From Hypanus sabinus (taxonomy: Eukaryota), in contig NC_082711.1 of assembly GCF_030144855.1 (NCBI RefSeq), positions 118,420,001 to 118,484,000 of the forward strand: DNA of 64,000 nucleotides. The letters are read 5' to 3'. The notes beneath the pieces were generated by a model, which saw only the letters and a program-made list of their open reading frames with translations, had not been told where the DNA came from and ran no database searches. Within the stretch, counting starts at the first letter, position 1, and the number at the start of each line of letters is the position of its first letter. A program made the translations under genes and the position numbers. This document shows positions 50,530 through 61,000 of this stretch, in pieces.

Positions 50530-50915
50530 GTGTGTGTGTGAGTGTCTGGACAGTGTATCCCAGTGTTTGGGTATGTGGGAGCTCTCTTCCCCAGTGAATG
50601 GGTGCAGGGGAAGGTCAGATAACCACAGTGACTGGGGGGGGGGGCGTGGAGGGGTGGTGACAGTTAACCTCATTGACCAGGAGCAGGGAGGGCAGTGTAC
50701 CCCAGTGGGCCAGGGTTTGGAGTGTACCCTTGTGACTGGTTGTGGAGGGAGGGGGATAGTGCACTTCAGTGACCGTGTATGTGTCTGGGGGGAGCAGTGT
50801 ACTCCAGTGACCGGGTGCAAGGGAGTAAGTGTGCCCCAGTGTCTGGGTTTGTGTGTGGAGATTGTGCTGTGACAGTGTACCCCAGTAACTGAGTGTGTGG
50901 GGGCAGTGTACCCCT
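49721..50915. repeat. Degenerate relative of the 31-bp array, with (GT)n tracts
   Basis: Core cagtgtaccccagtga separated by variable G/T-rich linkers. (GT)n at ~50113-50135 and ~50464-50540. Confidence 0.9.
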
Positions 50916-51266
50916 GCATATGAGTGGGAATGGAATCTTGCTGCCCTGGTTGAACCAATGTGAAGGTCACTGTTCAGTTTGAGGGGGATTCTCTTTGTTT
51001 ATTGCCCGGGATCTCACAGAGCCTTTGTTTATGTTGCTCAGCTCTGTGGAATCTTTGACAGGACTGTAAGGGCGCTCAGCTTTGGCTCTCGATGAGCCTG
51101 CGATTGTCCTTTGTGCCAGCAACACCCAGTGGTCTGAGGACATTAAACTAGTACCCCTTCCCGAGGTAATGTGGCTGTCCTTCAGACTGTGAGAGTGGTC
51201 CCAGGGGATTGAAGAGTTCAGTCTGCAGTTTCCCCTCCCTTCACGGGGTAATACATCTCCTCTTAC

Positions 51267-51352
51267 CATCTCGTTTCCCTCTGGAGGCTGCCGGTTAGTT
51301 GCTGTTATGTTTATTGCCTGAACTTCTGCGTAAATAGTGCAGGGACTTGGGT
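51267..51352 (-). CDS. Gene A cytoplasmic exon with ITSM TIYAEV
   Basis: Acceptor ctccacag| and donor ATG|gtaaga; 86 bp, phase 1-0. (D)PSPCTIYAEVQAINITATNRQPPEGNEM; ITSM at 51338-51321. Confidence 0.85.
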
Positions 51353-51706
51353 CTGTGGAGCAGAGGAAGAGGAGATGAGGACCAGGCCCACCACAATGTT
51401 TCCTTCATGCCCCAATTACTGTCACCCCTCTGCACCACATCCACTGCCAATCCCCCATCTCTCTTGAATCCCCCCCTCATCTCTCCTTTCCCTCCCACCC
51501 TCCACTCCCTCTAACCTCTTTATTCCTTTCTCCAACCACCCACCTCCTCCCTCTCCCACCTGCACCCCATCTCCTATCGACCCCACACACCAACTACATC
51601 CCTTCTCTCACCTTTTGTCCCGAGATGTGAGGGTCAGGATGTGAGACACCTGCCTATACCGCTCCCCTGCTCCCCGGTCCTTCGGGTAGGACAGTTGGGT
51701 ACTTGC

Positions 51707-51880
51707 CTTCAGGCCTGCTCCCTTCTGTTGTCCTCCTCCCGTGGGTGAAATAAATCGAGCGAACTGAGCCCTTCATCTTAATGGCAACCACAAAGACGAT
51801 GATTAGAGTGCCTGCAATGACTGCAATGGCTGCAATGACTGCAATGTTCTGCTTGTTGTTGCTGTTTGACGATTTGTCAG
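51707..51880 (-). CDS. Gene A transmembrane exon
   Basis: Acceptor tttctcctctcctggtgtag| and donor AAG|gcaagt (GC); 174 bp, phase 1-1. DKSSNSNNKQN-IAVIAAIAVIAGTLIIVFVVAI-KMKGSVRSIYFTHGRRTTEGSRPE: a 22-aa hydrophobic helix followed by a basic stop-transfer segment. Confidence 0.83.
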
Positions 51881-51929
51881 CTACACCAGGAGAGGAGAAA
51901 AACAGCAGTGAATAATCCCATCCTCACGC

Positions 51930-53071
51930 TTCCAGTGATGGGAGATCGAAGGATCAATTTCATCCCACCTGCGGATGAAGAAAACTCCCATTCACCCCAA
52001 CCATCACTCCCCACCCTTCTATTACCATCACTCCCCACCCCTCCATTACCCCTCATCACACCCCTCCACTTCATTACCTCTCCACATCACTCCTGATATC
52101 ACTCCCCTCCAATACCCCTCATCACTCCCATCCCATCCATTACCCATTATCACTCAAATCCCCTCCATTACCCCTCATCACTCAGATCGCCATCATTAAA
52201 CCTCATCACTCTCTCCTCCATTAACATATCTCCTGACCCCTCCATTAACCCTACCACTCTTCACATCACTCCCCTCCATTACCTCTCATCAGTCCCATCC
52301 CCTCCATTACCCCTCATCACTCCCCTCCCTTCCATTACACTTCATCACACCCTTCCACTCCACTACCCCTTATCACACCATTTCCCTCCATTAACCCTCA
52401 TCAATTCACTCCCTTCGATTACCCCTCATAACTCCCTTCTCCTACATTACCCATCATCACTCCCCTACTCTCCATTACACTTCATCACTCAAATCCCATC
52501 TATTATCCCTCATCACTCCCATCCCCACCATTACCCCTCATCACTACCCTCCCCTCCATTACCCCTCATCACACCCCTAGACTCGATTACCCCTTATCAC
52601 ACCACTCCCCTCCATTACCCCTCATCACCACCCTCCCCTCCATTACACCTCATCACTCTCCTTCCAGCCATTACCCCTAAACACTCCCCTCTCCTCCATT
52701 GACCCTCATATCTCCCATCCCGTCCATTAACCCATCACTTCTCACATCCTTCCCCTCCATTACCCTCAATCACTCCCTTCCCGTCCATTACTACTCATCA
52801 CTTGCCTCCTATCCATTACCTCTCAGCACTATCCAGCATCCCTTACCTCTCATCACTCTATTCCCCACCATTATCCCCATCACTCCCAGCCTCTCCAAGT
52901 CCCCTTATCACATCACCCTCCTCCATTATCCCTCATCACTATCCTGCCCTCGATTATCCCTCATCACTCAAATCCCCTCCATTATCTCTCATCACTCCCA
53001 TCTCCTCCATTACCCCTCATCAATCCCATCCCTTTCATTACCCCGTTCACTCAAATCCCCTCCATTATCTG
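51930..53071. repeat. C-rich degenerate ~28-bp satellite, left block
   Basis: Consensus approximately ctccattacccctcatcactcccatccc; very few G on the plus strand. Confidence 0.95.
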
Positions 53072-53854
53072 TGTTACTCCAGAAGCCCCCTCCTTTGAGA
53101 GAATCGCAAGATCACTGTTGGGTTGGGTCAGGAGTGCCAGGAAATGAGAGAGAGACCTGTGGAATGTCTCGTTCCCCCGGCAATTTAAAGCTACGGGACA
53201 CGGCCATTGTCTCTTGGAGACGAACTTGTGGATTGAAATACTGTGCTACGTGGAAGCCCTCAGGCAAAGTGGGCTGGTTGAGGGAGGGATTGCATCACCC
53301 CCAACCTGATTGACATCTGCGACCCTGTGAGTCAGGATAAAAGAGGGTCTGTGGGAACAGCCCCTCAGCCGCACCAGAAGAAACGCTAGTGATCCCATAA
53401 TAGCGGAAGCCATTGGAAGGAGGCCACGTGCGTTCAGTTCCGTTTGCCTGGAACTGGTGGCTGTACCACGGAAAACGGCTTTTAGCTAACAACGGGGAAA
53501 CCAACTTCCCCCCCCCCCCGACTCAAAGGATTGGCATCATAAAAGACCTGGGCAAGTTTAACCCGTCTCTCTCTTAAACCCAAAACGCTGCAGCTTGAAC
53601 CAACTAACAGTGACTTTTATATTTCCATCGGACAATACATTATCCCCTAGACAATGATAGAGCTATTTCTTATTGATTATTATGATACCCGCGCTTTTAG
53701 ATTTAGTATTGACGATGTATATTATCTGTATGTTTGCATTAATCTTATTTTGGGCCCCTTTATCAATAAATACTTTTAAAAAATAGTACCATCAGACTTC
53801 AACGGACCTCTCTAACTTTGCTGGTAAGTGACCCAGTTACGGGGTTACGTAACA
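53072..53854 (+). repeat. 5' LTR (783 bp)
   Basis: tgttac...gtaaca; TATA-like gataaaag at ~53336 and aataaa at ~53765. Confidence 0.96.
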
Positions 53855-53876
53855 ATTGGAGTTCTCGCCTTGGGAT
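53855..53876 (+). other. Degenerate primer-binding site (tRNA-Pro-like)
   Basis: attggagttctcgccttgggat directly follows the LTR and resembles TGGGGGCTCGTCCGGGAT with several mismatches. Confidence 0.45.
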
Positions 53877-53967
53877 TTGACACCAAATTGGGAGGCCAGT
53901 GAATCGAGCTTGTAAGTCCACAACTTGGATCTGGTTACGTGGATAGCCAGACGGGGAACCAGCAAAG

Positions 53968-55493
53968 ATGGACATGGGTGAATTTATAGAAAACCCAACT
54001 CTGGAGGCGCTAGAGGCAGCCACCAAATCAGAATTGATAAATTTGGTGAAGGAGTTAAACCTCGCAGAGGTGAGGTTGTCAATGAAAAAGCGGGAGGTGC
54101 GAAGGGCCATAACTCAGTATTATATCGGGAAGAATGTGTTTGCAGCTGAGGTATTGGAAGATATCCCTGTAAAGGTACCAGCTAGTGGGACGGCTCAGTT
54201 AGAGTTGGAGAAATTAAGGTTGGAACATGCAATTAAGTTAAAGCAGCTGGAAGCAGCCCAGAGAGAAAGGGAGCAGGCGCTCCAGCTAAAGGAGTTAGAG
54301 GTGAAACGGGAGCATGAAATTCAGTTGAAACAGCTGGAAGCAGCTGAGAAAGAGAAAGAGAGAGCTGAGAAAGAGAAAGAGAGAGAGAGAGAGAGAGGGC
54401 CAAGAAGGAGAGAGAGTATTGGGAGGCAGAGAAACAAAGGAAACATGACTAGGAGATGCAGAAGTTAAGGCAAGGGTGAAGAGATCAAGGGTCAGACTGA
54501 GAGGAGCGGTTTAATGTTAGTCGAGAGTTGAGGCTAGTACCTCCGTTCGAGGAGACGGATGTTGATAGTTATTTCTTGCTTTTTGAAAAGGTGGCAGTGA
54601 ATCAGAAGTGGCCCAGAGATCAGTGGGTGGTGCTGTTACAAAATGTGTTAAAAGGGAAGGCACAGTGGGCATATACGACGTTGGCCATGGAGGAGGGGAG
54701 TTATAACAAAGTAAAGGCGGCCATTCTCCGGAGTTACGAGTTAGTACCTGAAGCGTATAGACAAAAGTTTAGAAATTTAAAGATAGGGTGGAATCAGACG
54801 TATACTGAGTTTGCCTATGAGAAGGGTGTGCTCTTGGACCATTGGTGCACCGCAGAGATAGTGGCAGAGGATTATTGGCGTCTCAGGGAGTTAATTCTGA
54901 TTGAGGAATTTAAAGGTTGTGTTTCGGAGGATATCCAGATGTATTTGAATGAGAAGCCGAATAAGTCCATTTCAGAATTTGTTAGGTTCGCAGATGAATA
55001 TGCCCTAACCCACAAGACAAAGTTTTCCTCGAATAAAAGTTCCCAGAGAGACCGTGGGAACGATCGAGAAAGTCCACAGGCTGAGGCAGAGGTCCCGCCA
55101 GGAGCTAGTGGTAAGGTTGAGGGGGAAAGGCCAGACGGCCAGAGATTTCCGGGCTTGACCTGTTTTAATTGTGGAAAGGGGGGGCATATTGCATCTCGGC
55201 GCTTTGCTCCGAGGAAAGAGACAGGAAAAGGGAAAGCAGCAGTCCCTATCGGATGTGCCGTGGTAATCAGTAAATCGACAAGAGAGCCCCGGGTAGACAG
55301 AGTACGAGAAGGGTCTGAGACTTGTCTGTCACATGGAACTGTGTCTGTGAGGGAGGGAGACACATCATTTCCCGTACGGATCTGGAGAGACACGGGGGCT
55401 GAGCTGTCATTGATCAGCAGTAAGGTACTAGAGTTTGGTCACAAGACGAGAATGGTAGCTGTGAAAGGAATCAGTAATGGTGCCCTTACATAA
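53968..55493 (+). pseudogene. gag: Gag (SCAN-like capsid, zinc knuckle) plus aspartic protease, disrupted
   Basis: LVPPFEETDVDSYFLLFEKVA...YELVPEAYRQKFR...LRELILIEEF; CFNCGKGGHIASRR (last Cys replaced by Arg); RDTGAELS. Frameshift in a (GA)n tract and in-frame stops at ~54450-54500. Confidence 0.9.
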
Positions 55494-57271
55494 GGTCATT
55501 ATGGATTGTGAGCTGGTGTCTGCACCCGTTGAAATAGGGGTGCGATCAGAATTCCCGAGAACTGACGCGGACATACTTCTCGGTAACGATTTAGCAGGTG
55601 GTAAGGTTTGGGCAGCCTTGACGATGACCAGCCGGCCAGTGAGTGTTGCGGCCCCACCCCTAGAGTCCCAGATCTATCCCGCATGCGCGGTCACTCGCAG
55701 CCTGCCGAGAGAGGCAGCTGAGAACGAGAGCAGTTTAAATCCGGCCAGTTTCTATTTGGCCGAGACGTTTCTACCGACCCTGTACCATGAGTGTTTAGAG
55801 GGTGGTAAAACGAAGAGTAGTAAAGTGAAAGAGGGTAAGGGAGAGGAGGTAGATCTGCCCTTAGCAAGGAGAAAGGTTCCAGAGGGAGAAAATAAAGATG
55901 AGGAACTGATAGAGCAGTTAAAAAGTCCAGGGTTGGACCTGGATGATCTGACTGGGTTGGCAGAACTGTTTGAAGAAGTTGAAAATGTTGGAGGTGTGCC
56001 CGATAATGAAATGAGGGCAGTCTTAGATGAAAAGGGTGCCCTTACCTTGAAGAAGTCTGCTGGGTTGGCAGATGAGGTTGTTTCAACCGCAGGGTTGAGT
56101 TTACTCCGGAAGGGAGTTGCCCAGAGAGTAACTGGGAGGATCAGGGGAACTTAGAATTTGAAAAGGGTACGGGTATTGAAAGCCTGGAAGAGGCCAATGT
56201 CCCGTTTGAGTGTGGCCAAGATGGGGATGCACATGGTACTGAACCTAGAAACGGAGCTCAGAAAAAGTCTGAGGTATTTGATTCAGTTGAATGAGACGGC
56301 TGTCCTTTTGGGTCAAATAGACTTGGTTCAGTGAAGAAAGGGTTAACCTTGGTAATAGTGAGAAGTGAGAGTTCCCAGGTGTTTGTGCTTGAAGGTGTGT
56401 TAAAAGTTAATGTGGAGCTCAAAAATGGGGAGATAAATATTGCTATTGAAGGAAACGGGAAATATGTAGTTCCCAAATCGAATGAAAAAATTTTAAACCC
56501 TGCGGATCGCTTCCAGATAAAGCCGGGAGGTGACCGGGGGGGGGGGCGGTGGGGGGCGTGCTATTGTTATTCCAGAGTGTGGTGTGAAAAGGCAGAATTT
56601 GAAATGCTGCTTGAACAAAGAGTTCGAACTGAAACACACATAGCCTGAAGGGTCCTGAAGAGAGGGCTAGCCACCGGTATAAAATTAAAGAATTGGGTGG
56701 AAATTCAGAAGATGGTCTAAGTTTGGGACACGGTGTTGATAAAATAACTCCTATGAAAGAAATGGGCGACAGTTTACCTCGCCAAGGTACCCAAGCCCCC
56801 CACATGGGAACTAACTGGAAAAGAGGTGATGGTTAATGGGGATGCCATTTTTAAATAGCAAAAGCCGGTTGTACAGGATTTCGACAAAGCATGTGAACAA
56901 TAAAGACAACTCCATGGAAACCTGCCTGTTAAGTTTGAAAACAACCGAAAGAATAGTATTTACATAAACTTTTGTAGATGCACGGCAGCTAAGATCACAA
57001 CTCCTTAGTTTTGTTGCTGAAGGGAGGAAATAAAAATAGGTGGTTATTAAATTGAAGTCTGATGCTACAAGACTTTAGTAAGGTACAAGATGTTGATATT
57101 AAAGGAAGTGACACTGTAATCGTTAACTGTTTGGATGCTGAATTGGATGTATAACTGTATTACTCTGTAGAGAAAAGGAAAAGCTTTTGTATTGTGTTAG
57201 ATTCCACAATCCTGTAAGACTCTGTACTACTTCATTTTAACCGCTGGTAAAAATGCGTTGAAGAAAGGGGG

Positions 57272-58057
57272 TGTTACGCCTGCAGCCCCCTCCTTTGTGA
57301 GAATCGCAAGATCACTGTTGGGATGGGTCAGGAGTGCCAGGAAATGAGAGAGAGACATGCGGAATGTCTCGTTCCCCCGGCAATTTAAAGCTACGGGACA
57401 CGGCCATTGTCTCTTGGAGACGAACTTGTGGATTGAAATACTGTGCTACGTGGAAGCCCTCAGGCAAAGTGGGCTGGTTGAGGGAGGGATTGCATCACCC
57501 CCAACCTGATTGACATCTGCGACCCTGTGAGTCAGGAAAAAAGAGGGTCTGTGGGAACAGCCCCTCAGCCGCACCAGAAGAAACGCTAGCGATCCCATAA
57601 TAGCGGAAGCCATTGGAAGGAGGCCACGTGCGTTCAGTTCCGTTTGCCTGGAACTGGTGGCTGTACCACGGAAAACGGCTTTTAGCTAACAACGGGGAAA
57701 CCAACTCCCCCCCCCCCCCCCCGACTCAAAGGATTGGCATCATAAAAGACCTGGGCAAGTTTAACCCGTCTCTCTCTTAAACCCAAAACCCTGCAGCTTG
57801 AACCAACTAACAGTGACTTTTATATTTCCATCGGACAATACATTATCCCCTGGACAACGATAGAGCTATTTCTTATTGATTATTATTATACCCGCGCTTT
57901 TAGATTTAGTATTGATGACGTATATTATCTGTATGTTTGCATTAATCTTATTTTTGGGCCCCTTTATCAATAAATACTTTTAAAAATAGTACCATCAGAT
58001 TTCAACGGACCTCTCTATCTTTGCTGGTAAGTGACCCAGTTACGGGGTTACGTAACA
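57272..58057 (+). repeat. 3' LTR (786 bp)
   Basis: About 18 substitutions and 3 indels relative to the 5' LTR by manual comparison. Confidence 0.96.
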
Positions 58058-61000
58058 TCTGTCATCACTACCTTCTCCTGCGTTACCCTCATTACATCCC
58101 TTCCCTCTATTATCCCTTATTACTACACTCCCCTTCATTATTCCTCATCACTCACCTCCCTCCATTACTCCACAAACCTCCCCTCCACTCCATTAACACT
58201 CATATCTCCCAGCAAGTCCATTGCCCCATCACTTTTCACATCCCTCCCCTCCATTACCTTCAATAACTCCCGTCCCCTCCATTACCACTCATCACTACCC
58301 TCCCCCCATTACCCCGCATCAATATCCTCCACTCACATTACCCCTCATCACTCCCCTCCTCCCCATTACCCTTCAGCACTACCCTCTCCATTACCCCTCA
58401 TCACTCAAATCGCCTCCATTATCCCTCATCACTCCCATCCTATCAATTACCACACATCACTCCCCTCCCCTCCATTAGCCCTCATCACTCTCCTCCCTCC
58501 ATTACCCCTTAAACTTCCCCTCCCGTCCATTAACACTCATATCTCCCAGCAAGTCCATTGCCCCATCACTTTTCACATCCCTTCCATCCATTACCCTTCA
58601 TCAGTCCACTCCCATCCATTACCCCCATCACTCTCCTCCCCTCCATTACCCCTTATCACTCCCATCCCCTCGATTACCCCTCATCACTACCCTCCATTAC
58701 TCCTCATCACTCCCCTCTCCATTAACACTCATCTCTATTACCTCGATCACTCTTCACATCACTCCCCTCTGTTACCCCACATCACTCCCATCCCCTCTAT
58801 TATGCCGCATCACTCAAATGCCCATTATTACTCATCACTCCCATCCTCACCATTACGCCTCATCACCGCATCCCATCCATTACCCCTCATTACCATCCTC
58901 CCCTCCATTACCGCTCAACACTCCTGTTCCCTTCATTAACCCTCATCACTCCCATCCCCTGAATTACCTCTCATCACTTAAAACCATTCCCTTACCCCTC
59001 ATCACTCCCTTCTTCTCCATTACCTCTCATCACTTCCCTCCCCGCGATTACTCCTAAACACTCCCCTCTCAACCATTAACCCTCATATCTCCCATCCCGT
59101 CCATTGACCCATCACTTCTCACATCCGTCCCCTCCATTACCCTCAATCACTCCCGTCCCCTCCGTTACCGCTCAGCACTCCCCTCCACTCCATTACCACT
59201 TATCACTCTCATCTCCTCAATTACCTCTCATCACTCCCCTCCCTTTGACTACCCCTCATCACTCCTATCCCCTCCATTACCACTCATCACTCCCCTCCCC
59301 TCCATTACCTCAATCACTCCCGTTCCCTCCATTACCCCTCATCAGTACTGTTCCCTTCATTAGCCATATCACTCACATCCCCTCCATTGTCTCTCATCAC
59401 TCAAATCCCCACCATTAAACCTTACCACTCCCCTCCCCTCCATTACCCCTCAACACTCCCATCCCCTCCATTACCCCTCATCACTCCCCTCCCCTCCATT
59501 ACCCTTCATCACTTTCTTCTCCCCATTACCCCTCATCACAAACCTCCCCTCCATTACCCCTCATCACTCCCGTCTCTTCCATTTACTCTCATATCTCCCT
59601 TCCACTCCATTACTCCTCATCACTCCCCTCCGCTCCATTACCCTCATCACTCAAATCCCTTCTATTATACCTCATCACTCCCATCCCCTCCATTAACCCT
59701 CCACTACTTTCTCCCCCATTACCCCTCATAAGTCCCCCCATTACCCATCATCAATCTCGTCACCTCCATTACCTCTCATCACTCCCCTCTCCTCCATTAA
59801 CCCTCATATATCCCATCCCCTCCTTTAAACCTATCACTCCTCAAATCACTCCCCTCCATTACCCTCAAGCACTTCCATCCATTCCATTACCTCTCATGAC
59901 ACCCGACCCCTCCAATACCCCAATCCCTCCTACATTACCCCTCATCACTCCCCTCTCCATTAACCCTCATCTCTCCCATCCCACTACCTCGAACACTACT
60001 CACATCACTCCCGTCCCCTCCATTAGCACTCATTACTCTTGTTCCCTTCAATACCCCTGATCACTCCCATCCCATCCATTATCCATCATCACTCAAATCC
60101 CTTCCATTACCCGTCATCACTCCTCTCCATTACCCCTCATCCCTCCCTTCCATTACCCTTCATCACACCCCTCCACTCCACTACCCCTTATCACACCACT
60201 CCCCTCCATTAACCCTCATCACTGCACTCCCCTCCATTACTCCTCATCACTGCCCTCGCCTGCATTACGCCTCATCACTCCCATCCCCTCCATTACCCCT
60301 CATCACTCCCATCCCATCCATTACCCCTCATCACTCAGATCGCCACCATTAAACCTCATCACTCTCTCCTCCATTAACACTCATATCTCCCGACCCCTCC
60401 ATTAACCCTATCGTTCTTCACATCACTCCCCTCCATTACCTCTCATCACTCCCATCCCCTCCATTACCCCTCATCACTCCCCTCCCCATTACCATTCATC
60501 ACACCCTTCCACTCCACTACCCCTTATCACACCACTTCCCTCCATTAACCCTCATCAATACACTCCCTTCGATTACCCCTCATAACTCCCTTCTCCTACA
60601 TTACCCATCATCACTCCCCTCCTCTCCATTACACTTCATCACTCAAATCCCCACCATTACCCCTCATCACTACCCTCCCCTCCATTACCCCTCATCACAC
60701 CCCTAGACTCGATTACCCCTTATCACACCACTTCCCCTCCATTACCCCTCATCACCACCCTCCCCTCCATTACACCTCATCACTCTCCTTCCAGCCATTA
60801 CCCCTAAACACTCCCCTCTCCTCCATTGACCATCATCTCTCCCATCCCACTACCTCGAACACTACTCACATCACTCCTGTCCCCTCCATTAGCACTCATC
60901 ACTCTTGTTCCCTTCAATACCCCTGATCACTCCCATCCCATCCATTACCCGTCATCACTCAAATCCCCTCCATTACTCCTCATCACTCCCCTCCATTACC

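Larger units (their letters stand above)
53072..58057 (+). mobile_element. Gypsy (Gmr1-like) LTR retrotransposon, non-autonomous, with both LTRs
   Basis: LTRs are TG...CA; 4-bp TSD tctg (53068-71; 58058-61); PBS-like sequence after the 5' LTR; PPT aagaaaggggg (57261-71). Gag and protease are present; no recognisable IN or RT. Confidence 0.95.

Noticed and set aside
48262-50915. CRISPR-like repeat/spacer appearance
   Set aside because: Vertebrate intron with no cas genes. Units are contiguous, or the linkers are low-complexity relatives of each other rather than unique spacers.
49721-50915. RSS heptamer-like (GA)CAGTG motifs
   Set aside because: The first base of CACAGTG is usually wrong and there is no nonamer at 12 or 23 bp spacing.
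50074-50970. 298-aa minus-strand ORF
   Set aside because: Runs through degenerate repeats and (CA)n tracts (poly-HT); not protein-like.
50967-51269. 100-aa ORF as the gene A C-terminus
   Set aside because: It is read-through of a strong donor (ATG|gtaaga). Splicing to the in-phase ITSM exon at 47213 is more plausible. Minor acceptors near 51187 and 51063 cannot be excluded as alternative ends.
58031-58939. 302-aa Pro/Leu/Ile/Thr-rich ORF and similar ORFs in 51900-64000
   Set aside because: Artefact of a G-poor satellite that rarely forms stop codons. No domain features or splice support.
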